Assembly (NCBI GenBank): GCA_964016885.1
Contig: OZ024742.1
Span: 236,096,001 to 236,160,000, forward strand
Origin: Eledone cirrhosa
Taxonomy: Eukaryota
Length of the DNA stretch: 64,000 nt
Direction of reading: 5' to 3'
Positions within the stretch are counted from its first letter, which is position 1; every line of letters begins with the position of its first letter. Positions 24,057 to 36,116 of the stretch are shown here, piece by piece. The notes under the pieces are model-generated. The model had not been told where the DNA came from. It worked only from the letters and a program-made list of their open reading frames with translations, and searched no databases. Made by a program: the position numbers and the translations under genes.

Positions 24057-24760
24057 AACCACAACAATTTGATTTAATATATGCTTATAATTCAAGTTTT
24101 AATTTTAGTTGAACCTGAGTCTCTGACTGACTGTTGGAAAGACAAGGTTTTGATTCATTTTTAACCTTAATGTATTGTACTATGTTTCCAGATGTCGAGG
24201 TTTTATAGGTCACTCGGTCCACTCTTAAATCTATATTCCATTTCTTAATCATGTCAAAATGTCAGTAAATCAATAACATCTGCTCAATAATCACAATTGA
24301 CACTAAAACATCACACTTTTATAGAACATATGAGGAATAGGCTCCGTAGCCGGTCCCGGCAAAATAGACTAACATGCTTTTCCAGTTTAATTTACCGGTA
24401 AACCCTGAAAGGATTTAACTCTAGCCGGGGACTCGTAAGCTTAATTTACCACTAAATAATAAATAGTGTTTTAGAACCCAGGTATTAACCCAGGTGGTGA
24501 CTTTCTGCTAAAATTTTTAATTTCGTAAATATTTAACTGTGCTAAAATTCTTTTTTTTTTAAATTTAGTAACAGTCTGTGATGGAAAAGAAAAAGCTGAT
24601 TTTTTTCCGTATATTTAGACCGGGTGGTGACTTTTTGCTAAAATTCTTAATTTCTAAAATAATTGAATTACTGCTAACATTCTTAATTTCGAAAATATTT
24701 CACTCTGCTATAATTCTAAAGCCCTGGAAATTTCTAGATTTTGGGAATTATTCAGCAGTT

Positions 24761-24832
24761 GGCCCGTTGGTCTAGGAGTATGATTTTCGCTTAGGGTTGG
24801 AGAGGTCCCGGGTTCAAATCGCGGACGAGCCC
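24761..24832 (+). pseudogene. Degenerate tRNA-Pro(AGG)
   Basis: Anticodon stem broken (TGGAG). Confidence 0.8.
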
Positions 24833-24956
24833 AAACATTTCGGATATTATTTTCATTTTAAGTCTATTTTCTGTCGCACCATGTTAACTTAGATGTAATA
24901 AACATTTAAATTTATATATTTTTCAGGTATCATCTAATCTTTTTTTTTTTACCTTT

Positions 24957-25030
24957 GGCTCGTTGGTCTAGGGGGTATGATTTATAGCTCAGGCTGCGAG
25001 AGGTCCCGGATTCAAATCCCGGACGAGCCC
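24957..25030 (+). pseudogene. Ectopic type-E tRNA-Pro copy inside spacer
   Basis: Same junctions as 20623-20696. Confidence 0.8.
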
Positions 25031-25352
25031 AATCGTTTAGAAACATCGTATTACAGTCTGTGAAAAAGAGCTCAATTTCAAACAACTAAATGCAAGCTCT
25101 ATTCTGAGTAACAAAAAGTATTTACATCTGCTTACGTTTTCGTGGTCTGGTTTATATGGAGAAAAATAATAATAAAACACTACAGACTTGGATCAGCATA
25201 GGTCACTCTGTTTTACTTGTAGAATTTTACAAATTGGGTTTAAAAGCAAGAAACAATTGGGGCTGTAGGAAACGTCTAGATAATACGGAAATAAGAAGAA
25301 CCAGCAAAAGAGCATTCCTGTATTGAACAAAGAAAAAAAAAAAAAGTATAAT

Positions 25353-25427
25353 GGGCTCGTTCGGGAATTGAACCCGAGACCTCTCGCACCCAACGCGCGA
25401 GAACCATACGACTAAATCAACGAACCA
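25353..25427 (-). pseudogene. Degenerate tRNA-Pro(TGG)
   Basis: Type-C-like with an insertion in the anticodon arm. Confidence 0.75.
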
Positions 25428-25925
25428 CCCACAATGACTTAATTAAATATATTCTAGTAATTACAGTTTTAATGTTAGTTGTAACTGAGTCTCTATGCTG
25501 GAAACACTTTTTTGTTTCTTTTTTAACTTTTATTTATTGTATTGATTCTTGCTTCTGGGGTTTTTCATCTGTTCACCTCTTATATCTAAAGTCCAATTCT
25601 CAATCATATCAAAATACCAATAAATCAATGACATCTGCTCAATAACCACAATTGACTCCATAACATCACACCTTTCATAGAACATACGAGGAATAGGCAA
25701 CGTAACCGGCCCCGGCAAAATAGTCAAATATGCTTTTTAAGCTTTATTTACGCTGAAAGGAGCTAGGGGTCTAGCCGGGGTCCTGTAAGCTTATTTTACC
25801 AGTAAATAATAAATAGTGTTTTAGAACCCAGGTGGTGACTTTCTGCTAAAATGTGTAATGGTAGTTTTGCGAATTAATATTATCTGGTTGCTATTTGTAA
25901 TATAATTTGAAAGTATTCACCAGTT

Positions 25926-25999
25926 GGCTCGCTGGTCTAGGGGGTATGATTTTTAGCTCAGGCTGCAAGAGGTCCCGGATTCAAATCCCGGACGAGCCC
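25926..25999 (+). pseudogene. tRNA-Pro-derived type E
   Basis: Type-E lesions. Confidence 0.8.
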
Positions 26000-26471
26000 A
26001 ATCGTTTAGAAACATTTGTTTTATTATAAACCTATTTTCAGTCGCACTTTGTTTACTTAGATGAAATGTATATTTAAATGTATAATTGCAAAACAATAAA
26101 GAAAAGTGTATAATTTGTTGATTATTCTATCATAAACATATTTTTTAACAAACAAGGAAAAGTTACAACTTTATAATTTCATGTTATACATTTATCATTA
26201 TTGAAAAGATAAAGCCAGTCGGATCATTTGTAGACAGTTGCTTCTGATAAAAGCTTGTAGAAAGCGTCCCCATGACTATTCTATTTAATATATACCAGTT
26301 AAACATACTCTAGTAATTATAGGTTGTGGAAAGAGTGCCTGAGGGCACCGTCCCCACGGCACACTCAAGAATTGTTAACATTTATCATTAAAATTCTTGA
26401 AGCTTAAAATTCTTCAAGAAGAAGAATGTAACTTTTATGTACTGAAAAAAAAAAAAAAAGCATGCTAAGTT

Positions 26472-26543
26472 GGGCTCGTCCGGGATTTGAACCCGGGACC
26501 TCTCGCACCCAAAGTGAGAATCATACCCCTAGAACAACGAGCC
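26472..26543 (-). tRNA. tRNA-Pro(TGG), two substitutions (possibly a pseudogene)
   Basis: G10T and an anticodon-stem mismatch. Confidence 0.55.
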
Positions 26544-26775
26544 AGACACGTCCTTCTGATTAAATACGTACTAGTAATTATAGTGTTAATGTTAGTTGTA
26601 ACTGAGACTCTGACGACTGTTATTTTGGACTTTCCTTTATTTGATCATGTTTCCAGCTGCCAAGGATTTGGTCGCCTCTTAAATCAATAGTCCACTTCTC
26701 AATCATATCAAAATATCAATAAATCAATAAAATCTGCTCAATAATCAAAATTCACTCCTCAACATCACACCTTTG

Positions 26776-26928
26776 ATTTTAAGTAGTTTTTTTAAAAGAT
26801 GGTGGTGGAAAATATTTCAAATGTACTTAATCGTCGTAGCTGGAGCCGCAACTCAAGGTGTCTGACACTCTTATCGGCTAAATAGGTTGGGGGTCTATTT
26901 TACCGGGGTCGGCTACATAGCCTCATCC
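26776..26928. mobile_element. Right end of a TIR DNA transposon (MULE-like, 9-bp TSD)
   Basis: Reverse complement of 26893-26928 is GGATGAGGCTATGTAGCCGACCCCGGTAAAATAGAC, which matches the left-end consensus at 30/36. AATATATGA follows. Copies occur at about 38638-38790 and 50630-50782. Confidence 0.7.
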
Positions 26929-27028
26929 AATATATGAAGTGGCCAATCTTTGAAAGTGTAATGGTAGCTGTGCGAATTAACATAATGTGGGTGCGATTTG
27001 TAATATAATGTGTAATTGTTTATCAGTT

Positions 27029-27099
27029 GGCTCGTTGGTCTAGGGGTATGATTTCGCTTCGGGTGCGAGAGGTCCCGGGTTCAAATCCCGGACGAGCCC
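27029..27099 (+). tRNA. tRNA-Pro(CGG), 71 nt
   Basis: Loop TTCGGGT with one nt missing at position 26/27. A and B boxes intact. Confidence 0.65.
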
Positions 27100-27170
27100 A
27101 ATAAATCAATAACATCTGCTCAATAACCACAATTGACTCCCTTACGTCACACTTTTCATAGAACATATGA

Positions 27171-27340
27171 GGAATAGGCTACGTAGCCAGTCCCGGCAAA
27201 ATAGACAAACACGATGTTTAAGCTTAATTTAGCGGTAAAAGCCGAAAGGATGCAACTCTAGCCGGGGTCCATAAAGCTTATTTTACCAGTGAGCAATAAA
27301 TAGTGTTTTAGAACCCAGGTGTTGACTTTCTGCTAAAATG
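27171..27340. mobile_element. Left end of the same TIR transposon (example copy)
   Basis: Junction AACATATGA|GGAATAGGCTACGTAGCC..CCCGGCAAAATAGAC recurs more than 20 times between 19.1 and 59.5 kb. An empty site lies at about 63000. Confidence 0.7.
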
Positions 27341-27412
27341 TGTAATGGTAGTTTTGCGAATTAATATGATCTGGTTGCTATTTGTAATATAATTTGAAAG
27401 TATTTCCCAGTT

Positions 27413-27486
27413 CGTTCGTTGGTCTATCGGGTGTGATTTTTAGCTCAGGTTGCAAGAGGTCCCGGATTCAAATTCTGGACGAGCCC
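27413..27486 (+). pseudogene. tRNA-Pro-derived type E
   Basis: Heavily substituted. Confidence 0.75.
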
Positions 27487-27926
27487 AATCGTTTAGAAAC
27501 ATTTTTTTTTTTATTATAAACCTATTTTCTGTCGCACTTTGTTTACTTAGATGTAATGTATATTTAAATCAATATGTGCAAAACAATAAGAAAACTGTCT
27601 AATTTGTTGATTATTCTATCATAAACATATTTTTTAACAAACAAGGAAAAGTTACAACTTTATAATTTCATGTTATACATTTATCATTATTGAAAAGTTA
27701 AAACCATAACCTTAGAGCAGCCGGTTCATTTGTAGAAGGTTGCGTTAGATAAAACCTTCTAAAGCGTGTTTGAAGGCACAGTCCCCACGGTTCTCTCAAG
27801 AATTGTAAACATTTATCATTGATAATCTTGAAACTTAAGATCCTTCAAGAAGAAGAAGAAAAAGAAGAAGGAGATGAAAAAGAAACTTTGGTGTACTGAA
27901 GATAACATTTTTTTAAATGCTAAGTT

Positions 27927-27998
27927 GGGCTCATCCGGGATTTGAACCCGGGACCTCTCGCACCCAAAGCGAGAATCATACCCCTAGACCAACGAGCC
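27927..27998 (-). tRNA. tRNA-Pro(TGG), G6:U67 variant
   Basis: Canonical apart from one wobble pair. Confidence 0.85.
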
Positions 27999-29121
27999 AC
28001 GTGCAACACACTGATTTAATATATACTAATAATTATAGTTTTAATGTTAGTTGTACCCGAGTCTCTGACTGACTGTTATGTTGGAAAGACAATTTTTTGT
28101 TTCTTTTTTAACCTTAATTTATTGTATTTTGTTTCCTGATGTCGAGATTTTCTAGGTCATCCGGTCCACCCTTTAATCTATAGTCCGCTTCTCAATCATA
28201 TCAAAATACCAATAAATCAATAACATCTACTCTATAATCAAAATTGACACTACAGCATCACACTTTTATAGAACATATGACGAATAGGCTACGTTGCCTG
28301 TCACGGCAAAATAGATAAACATGCTTTATAAGCATATTACACCTGTAAACCCTTATTTTGCCACTAAATAATAAATAGTGTTTTAGAACCCAGGTATTGA
28401 CTAATATCTTTAACCCAGGTGGTGACTTTCTTCTAAAATTTTTGATTTCGCAAATATTTGACTTACTGCTAACATTCGTAATTTCGAAAATATTCCACTC
28501 TGCTAAAATTCTAAAATCATAGAAAGGGGTACCACCACTCTATCTTTTTTTTCACATTTGGTAACACTCTGTGATGGAAAAAAAAGCCCAATTAAAAAAA
28601 ATAAATCCAAGCCCTATATAATTTCTGAGTAACAAAATGTATTTACATCTTTTTACGTTTTCAAGGCCTGATTTATATGGAAAATAATAATAATAAAACA
28701 CTATAGACGTCGATCAGCATTGGTCACTCTGCTTTACTTGTAGTATTTTACATACTGGGTTTAAAAAGAAACCATAGGGGTTGTGGGAAACGTCGAGATC
28801 AACTGGAAAGTGAATTCGGGAACTCCGACATTCGAAGATAGAAATATAATCCCAAGACAAAAAATCCCTCACTTCTTCGTCTATATAAACTATTGTATTT
28901 AAGTTAAAACCACAACCTTAGACTAGCCGGATCATTTGTAGACGGTTGCTTTTGATAACACCTTTTGGAAAGCGTGTCTGAGGGCACGGTCTCCACGACC
29001 CTCTCAAGAATTGTTAACGTTTATCACTGAAAAGGTTGCAGCTTAAAATCCTTCAAACAGAAGTAGAAGAAAAATAAATATTTTTGTACTGAACAAGAAC
29101 TCAAAAAATAAAAGAGCGGTA

Positions 29122-29193
29122 GGGCTCGTCCGGGATTTGAACCCGGGAAGTCTCGCACCCAAAGCGAGAATCATACCCCTAGACCAACGAGCT
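29122..29193 (-). tRNA. tRNA-Pro(TGG) variant
   Basis: G1A and variable-loop changes. Confidence 0.55.
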
Positions 29194-29529
29194 ATGCACA
29201 GCAGTGGTCACTCAAATTTACATGTAGTATTTTACATACTGGGTTTAAAAAGAAACCCCAGGGGTTGTGGGAAACGTCGAGATCAACTGGAAATTGAACT
29301 CGGGAACTCCGACATTCGAAGATAGAAATATAATCCCAAGACTAACAATCCCTCACTTCTTCGTCTATATAAACTATTGTATTTAAGTTAAAACCACAAC
29401 CTTAGACTAGCCGGATCATTTGTAGACGGTTGCTTTTGATAACACCTTTTGGAAAGCGTGTCTGAGGGCACGGTCTCCACGACCCTCTCAAGAATTGTTA
29501 ACGTTTATCACTGAAAAGGTTGCAGCTTA

Positions 29530-29930
29530 AAGAATACGATCACGAATACTAGCAGGCGAAATGGGGTTCCACCGAAGGGTCTTTAGACAGACGATAATCG
29601 ATAAAGTGCGTAACTCGGAGACCAGAGAGTCACTAAAATAGAGCCGCTACTTCTCCGAATTGAGAGATTACAACTCCGATACTACGGGCATGTAGTTAGA
29701 TTGGCTCAAAAATAATCGCTGGACAGATTTTACGGGCAAAACCAAGCTGCGGGAGACCCAGTGGTACACTACGATCAAGGTGGTTGGATAACATCCATGA
29801 GCTTGGCTAGTCTTGCTTGGTGTTACAGCAGGGTCTATTGGAGACGGTAGCTTCTGACAAGGACCCGCTGGTAGGGGCGTTTAAGGATTCTATCCTCACG
29901 ACCCTTTCAGTAATAAGTAGGGGAAGGAGT
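29530..29930 (+). mobile_element. RTE-clade LINE remnant, 3' end
   Basis: Translates to RIRSRILAGEMGFHRRV..DKVRNSETRESL.IEPLLLRIERLQLRYYGHVVRL..RPSGTLRSRWLDNI with frameshifts. Confidence 0.88.
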
Positions 29931-30313
29931 ATATTAATGTTCAGAAGCTGGGTCGTTAGTTATGGATCTGATCTACTTTGCTTGCGGGGAGTGAGTCGGT
30001 CTCAGTTCCAAATCTCGAATAAGTTCTTTCTTGTTTCTCGATTTAATAAACTATTTTAAAATAAATGCCGCGTTATGTTTAATTCTAGTAAATACATTGT
30101 AGTAATACAATGATTCTCGATTTCGATTATATCGACTCAATGTTCAAAGTACAAATTATCCAGAGTGGGTTTTCTTTTCATTTTAATGTATTTTGTTTGG
30201 TTCAAGTAATTAACATCTTCATACTAATATCTTTCCATGAAGGAATAATGAAATGAAAGAGCGGAACATCTCTTTTAAAATATCGATAGAGAATATATTT
30301 GTTGAAAATGTGA

Positions 30314-30385
30314 AAATCCTTTGACTCGAGGTACGATTCTTGCTTTCAGAGCAAGATGCTACGAGTTCAAATCCTAGATGAGTCC
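30314..30385 (+). pseudogene. Ancient tRNA-Pro-derived relic with TCA loop
   Basis: Arm CTTGC-TTTCAGA-GCAAG and GTTCAAATCC are retained. Acceptor and T stems are broken. A copy lies at 42693-42764. Confidence 0.7.
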
Positions 30386-30949
30386 TTTTTAATTGAGACG
30401 AGTACTTTTAAATTTTCTTTTCATATAATTTCTTACAGGACAGCAGAAAATAGCGTTAGTATCATAACATGTAATTAGGTTTCGTCCGGGATATGAAAGC
30501 CTTTCTCCTCGACTCCTAAGCGAAAATCATTCACCAAAACCAAGGAGACCACTGATTAAAAACTTCCAATTTTATTATAAATAGTAAACGTGTTATATCA
30601 AATTTAAAATACATAACGTATCTTATATTGTCTGTGAGAAACAACAAAGAAAACTGTCTACTTTGCTGATTATTCTATCATAAGCATATTCTTTAACAAA
30701 CAAGGCAACGTTACAACTTTATAATTTCGTGTTATTCATTTATCATTATTGAAAAGATAAAAACATAAACTTAGACCAGCCGGTCCATTTGTAGATGGTT
30801 GCTCCATATACAACCTTCTTAAAAGTGTGTTTGAGGGCAGTCAGCACGGCCGCCCTCTCAAGAATTGTTAATATTCAAAAGCAAGAAGAAGAAAAGCTAT
30901 CGTATATTGAAGAAAGCCCCTTTCGAAAGCAAGAAAAACATTCTAGGAT

Positions 30950-31021
30950 GTGTTCGCCAGGGATTTGAACACGGGACCTCTCGCACCCAAAACGAGAATC
31001 ATACCCCTAGACCAACGAGCC
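30950..31021 (-). pseudogene. Degenerate tRNA-Pro(TGG)
   Basis: The 3' acceptor strand and T stem are damaged. Confidence 0.75.
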
Positions 31022-31399
31022 AATCATTATTATCTGCTCAAATATATCCTAGTAATTATAGTTTGAATGTTACTTGTAAAAGAGACTCTGACTGACTGTT
31101 ATGTTGGGAACATTTTTTTTGTTTGCTTTTTAATTTTAATTTATTTTATTATGTTTCTACAGGTCTAGGATTTTTAGGACACCCGGTCTATTCTTCAAAC
31201 TTAATTCCACTTCTCAATCATGTCCAAATATCAATAAATCAATAACATCAACCCAATAATCACAATTGACGACATAACATTATTATTACACTTTTTTTAT
31301 AAAGCATATGACGTGGCCAATTTCAGAAAGTGTAATATATTTGCAAATTAATATACACTTACTGCTTTTAGTATATTAATTTGAACGTATTTACCAGTT

Positions 31400-31471
31400 G
31401 GTTCGTTGGTCTAGGGGTATGATTTTCGCTTAGGGTGCGAGAGGTCCCGGGTTCAAATCCCGGACGAGCCC
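31400..31471 (+). tRNA. tRNA-Pro(AGG), type D, 72 nt
   Basis: Identical to 5451-5522. Confidence 0.88.
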
Positions 31472-31926
31472 AAACTTTTTGGAATTTTTTTTATCATAAG
31501 GCTATTTTCTGTCACACTGTGTTGACTTGGATGTAATGTACATGTTTTTCAGGTATCATCTAATCGTTTTTTCACTTTTGAGAACTATTAGTATAATAGT
31601 CTGTGATGAAAAAAATAAGCTCAATTTAAAACAACTAAATGCAAGCTCTATATAATTTCTGAGTAACAAAGAGTATTTACATCTGTTTACGTTTCCGTGG
31701 TCTGGTTTATATGGAGAAAAATAGTAAAACTCTACAGACGTGGATCAGTATTGGTCACTCAAATATACTTGTAGTATTTAACATATTGGGTTTAAAAGAA
31801 TACCATAGGGGTTGTGGCAAACGTCAAGATCATCCGGAAAGAGGAACAAGAAAAATAACTTTTGTGTACTGAACAAAAATTTTTTTTTTTTTTGAAAAAA
31901 AAAAAAAAAAAAAAGGAGGTCATGAT

Positions 31927-31998
31927 GGGCTTGTCCGGGATTTGAACCCGGGACCTCTCGCACCCAAAGCGAGAATCATACCCCTAGACCAACGAGCC
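31927..31998 (-). tRNA. tRNA-Pro(TGG), A68 variant
   Basis: One acceptor mismatch and a long T tract downstream. Confidence 0.78.
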
Positions 31999-32296
31999 AA
32001 CCACGTCTTTCTGGTTAAATACCTACTAGTAATTATAGCTTTAATGTTAGTTGTAACTAAGACCCTGACTGACTGTTAATTTGGAGAGACACTTTTTGTT
32101 TCTTTTATAACTTTCATTCATTTTATCATGTTTTCAGTTGTCGATCAGTTGTAAATCAATAGCCCACTTCGCAATCATATCAAAATATCAATAAATCAAT
32201 AACATAGCCTCATCCAATATATGAAGTGGCCAATTGTTGAAAGTGTAATGGTAGCTGTGCGAATTGACATAATGTGGTTGCTATTTGTAATATAAT

Positions 32297-32344
32297 TGTT
32301 TCTACTTTTGGCACAAGGCCAGCAATTACGCAGTGCATTACTGG
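32297..32344 (-). mobile_element. 5'-truncated SINE tail (48 bp)
   Basis: Matches the 3' end of the 20255-20450 SINE with a TAAT duplication. Copies at 44363-44410 and 54783-54830. Confidence 0.8.
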
Positions 32345-32367
32345 TAATGTGTATTTGTTTACCAGTT

Positions 32368-32440
32368 GGCTCGTTGGTCTAGGGGTATGATTTTTTGCTT
32401 AGGCTGCGAAAGATCCCGGGTTTAAATCGCGGACGAGCCC
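32368..32440 (+). pseudogene. tRNA-Pro(AGG) type-B-like
   Basis: T6 run and B box GGTTTAAATC. Copies at 44434-44506 and 54854-54926. Confidence 0.8.
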
Positions 32441-32877
32441 AAAAATTTCGGATGATTTTTTTCATCCTAAATCTATTTTCTGTCGCACCATGTTGATTTA
32501 GATGTAATAAATATTTATATTTATATATTTTTCAGATATCATCTAATCTTTTTTTATACTATTTTATACTATTCGTATAACAGTCTGTGAAAAAGACCTC
32601 AATTTCAAACAACTAAATGCAAGCTCTATATAATTTCTGAGTAACAAAATTACATCTGTTTACGTTTTCGTGGTCTGGTTTATATGGAGAACAATAATAA
32701 TAAAACACTACAGACTTCGATCAGCATAGGTCACTCTGTTTTACTTGTAGTATTTTACATATTGGGTTTAATGGGAAACAATAGGGGCTGTGGTAAACGT
32801 CGAGATCATCCGGAAAGTAGAAGAAACTTTTGTGTACTGAACAAAACCTGCTTTATTCTTTAAAAAAGGGTTAGGAT

Positions 32878-32950
32878 AGACTCGTCCGGGATTTGAACCC
32901 GGGACTTCTCGCACCTAAAGTGAAAAATCATACCCCTAGACCAACGTGCC
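32878..32950 (-). pseudogene. tRNA-Pro-derived copy with TAG loop
   Basis: Loop TTTAGGT with stem mismatches. Copy at 44945-45017. Confidence 0.75.
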
Positions 32951-33440
32951 ACTCACAAATATCCGATTAAATATACACTAGAAATTTTAGTTTTAATGTT
33001 AGTTGTAACTGAGTCTACGCTGGAAACAATTTTTAAAATTTCTTTTCTAACTTTTATTTATTGTATTTATTCTAGCTTTTGGGGTTTTTTGGGGTCATCT
33101 GGTCACCTCTTATATCCTAAGTCCACTTCTAAATCAATGACATCTGCTCAATAATCACAATTGACTCCATTACATCACACCTTTCACAGAACTTATGAGG
33201 AATAGGCTACGTAGCCGGTCCCGGCGAAATAGATAAACATGCATTTTAAGCTTAATTTAGCGGTAAACGCCAAAAGGATGCAACTCTAACCGGGTTACTG
33301 TAGGCTTATTTTACCAGTAAATAATAAATAGTGTTTTAGAACCCAGGTGGTGACTTTCTGCTAAAATGTGTAATGGTAGTTTTGCGAATTAATATAATCT
33401 GGTTGTTATTTGTAATATAATTTGAAAGTATTCACCAGTT

Positions 33441-33514
33441 GGCTCGTTGTTCTAGGGGGTATGATTTTTAGCTCAGGCTGCGAGAGGTCCCGGATTCAAA
33501 TTCTGGACGAGCCC
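33441..33514 (+). pseudogene. tRNA-Pro-derived type E
   Basis: Type-E lesions. Copy at 45506-45579. Confidence 0.8.
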
Positions 33515-34578
33515 AATCATTTAGAAACTTTTTTTTTTTTATTGTAAAATTATTTTCTGTCGCACTTGGTTAACTTAGATGTAATGTATATTTAAATGTA
33601 TATGTGCAAAACAATAAAGAAACTGTCTAATTTGTTGATTATTCTATCATAGCCCAATACTTTATAATTTAATGTTATACATTTATTATTATTGAAAAGT
33701 TAAAACCATAAACTTAGACCAGCCGGTTCATTTGTAGAAGGATGCTTTAGATAAAACTTCGTAAAGCGTGACTGCAGGCACTGTCCCCACGGTCCTCTCA
33801 AGAATTGTAAACACTTATCATTGATAATCTTGAAGCTTAACATCCTTCAAGAAGAAGAAGAAAAAGCAGAAGAAGGAGAAGAAAAAGAAACCTTGGTGAA
33901 ATGAACAAAAAAACTTAAATGATTTAAGTTGGGCTTTCCCGCTATTTGAAGCCGTACCTCCTGCACTCAAAGCGAGAATCATACCCATTCACCGAACGAG
34001 CCACGCACAGCATTTGGTTTAAATATATACTAGTAATTATAGTTTTAATGTCAGTTGTAACTGAGCCTCTCTGTTAGAAATACTTTTTTTTGTTTCTTTT
34101 TTAACTTTTATTTATTATATTAATAGGAGCTGTTGAGGTCTATTTGGGGTCAACTGGTCACCTCTTATCTCCAATTCTCAATCATGTCAAAATACCAATA
34201 ACTCAATAACATTTGCTCAATAATTACAATTGACTCCATAACATCACATGTTTCATAGAACATATGAGGAATAGGATACGTAGCCGGTCTCGGTAAAACA
34301 GACATATATGCTTTTTAAGCTTAATTTACCGGTGAAAGCTGAAAGGATGCAACTCTAGCCGGGGTACCGTAAGCTTATTTTACCACTAAATAGTAAATAG
34401 TATTTTAGAACCCAGTTCGTTGACTTCTATCTTTAGACCAGTTGGTGACTATCTGCTAAAATTCTTAATTTCTAAAATAATTGACTTACTGCTAACATTC
34501 TTAATTTCTAAAATATTTCACTCTGCTAAAATTCTAAAGCCATGAAACTCAGTAGATATTTGGAATTATTAACCAGTT

Positions 34579-34650
34579 GGCTCGTTGGTCTAGGGGTATG
34601 ATTTTCGCTTAGGGTGTGAGAGGTCCCACCTTCAAATCCCGGACGAACCC
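34579..34650 (+). pseudogene. Degenerate tRNA-Pro(AGG)
   Basis: T stem CCACC breaks the B box. Copies at 46645-46716 and 56443-56514. Confidence 0.8.
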
Positions 34651-35019
34651 AAACTTTTGAGATTTTCTTTTACCATAAATCTATTTTCTGTCGCACTGTG
34701 TTAACTCGGATGTAATATATATGTTTTTCAGGTATCATATTTACGTCTGTTTACGTTTCTCTGCTATGGTTATTTGGGAAAAATATTAAAACTCTACAGA
34801 CGTCGATCAGTATTGGTCACTCAGATTTACTTGTAGTATTTAACATATTGGGTTTAAAAGGAAAAAAAATAGGGGGTGTGGGAGACGTCGAGATCATCCG
34901 GGCATTGAATTCGGGTTCTCCAACACATGAAGCTAGAAAGAGACCCCTAGACAAACAACTCTCATTTCTATTGTATTTGTTTCTTTCGGACAGAAATTCA
35001 CTTCTCATACATCATTATT

Positions 35020-35372
35020 ACTAATTTCTAAAGTCGTATAAACAGGTAAATGGAGTTCCACTGAAGCAGGTGGAGAAGTTGAACAATGTCGGGGCCGTGT
35101 TGACGAGTGATGGAAGTCAGGAGGCTGAATTAAGTGCAAGAATTGCAGGAGCCTGTGCAGTAATACGCCAACTCTAGCATTCAGAAATCAGAAGATAGGT
35201 AGGCGTAAAAGCCAAACACGTTATCTTCAATTCGGTATTCATTCCAATCCTAACCTATGGTTAAGAATCTGGAGTAATGACATCGCGAATACAAACGGCC
35301 GTAATACGAATGCGAATACAAGCGGTCGACATGGGTTTCTTCGGAAGGGTCTTTGGAGTAACCTTACACGAG
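35020..35372 (+). mobile_element. RTE-clade LINE remnant (HOR copy)
   Basis: Paralog of 22960-23312. Confidence 0.85.
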
Positions 35373-36044
35373 GAAAATCCTTGGTCAAAAGGTATGATAC
35401 TCGCTTTGAGTTTAATATGTTACGGGTTCAAATCCTAGGCGAGCACCTTTTTATCCCTTGTACATGTACTTTTAAATTTACGTTTCATATAAATTCTTAC
35501 AGGACAGCAGAAAATAGCGTTAGATTCCTAAAACTTAATGAGGGTTCATCAGAGATTTGAACCGAGGTCCCCCACCCGAACCTTAAGCGAAAACATACAC
35601 CTAGACCAAGGAGACCACTGACTAAAAACTTCCACTTATATTACCAATAGTAAAAGTGTAATATTAATTTAAAATACATAACGTATCCTATATTGTTTTT
35701 GCAAAACAACAAAGAAAACTGTCTAATTTGTTGATTATTCTATCATAACCATATTTTCTAACAAACAAGGAAAAGTTACAACTTTATAATTTCATGTTAT
35801 ACATTTATCATTATTGAAAAGTTAAAACCATAACCTTAGACCTGCCGGTACATCTGTAGAAGGTTGCTTTAGATAAAACCTCCTAAAGTGTGTCTGAAGG
35901 CACTGTCCCCACGGCCGTCTCAAGAATTGTAAACATTTATCATTGATAATCTTGAAGCTTAAGATCCTTCAAGAAGAAGAAAAAGCAGAAGAAGAAAAAG
36001 AGACTTTAGTGTACTGAACAAAAAAACTTAAAATATTAAAAGTT

Positions 36045-36116
36045 GGGCCCGTCCGGGATTTGAACCCGGGACCTCTCGCACCCAAAGCGAGAATCATACC
36101 CCTAGACCAACGAGCC
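36045..36116 (-). tRNA. tRNA-Pro(TGG), U4:G69 variant
   Basis: Identical to 23985-24056. Confidence 0.9.

Noticed and set aside
29817-30059. Conserved 80-aa ORF in three copies
   Set aside because: It is a frameshifted RTE C-terminus running into flank and was copied with the HOR.
30314-30385. tRNA-Sec
   Set aside because: The body is Pro-derived and 72 nt long, with no extended acceptor or variable arm and broken stems.
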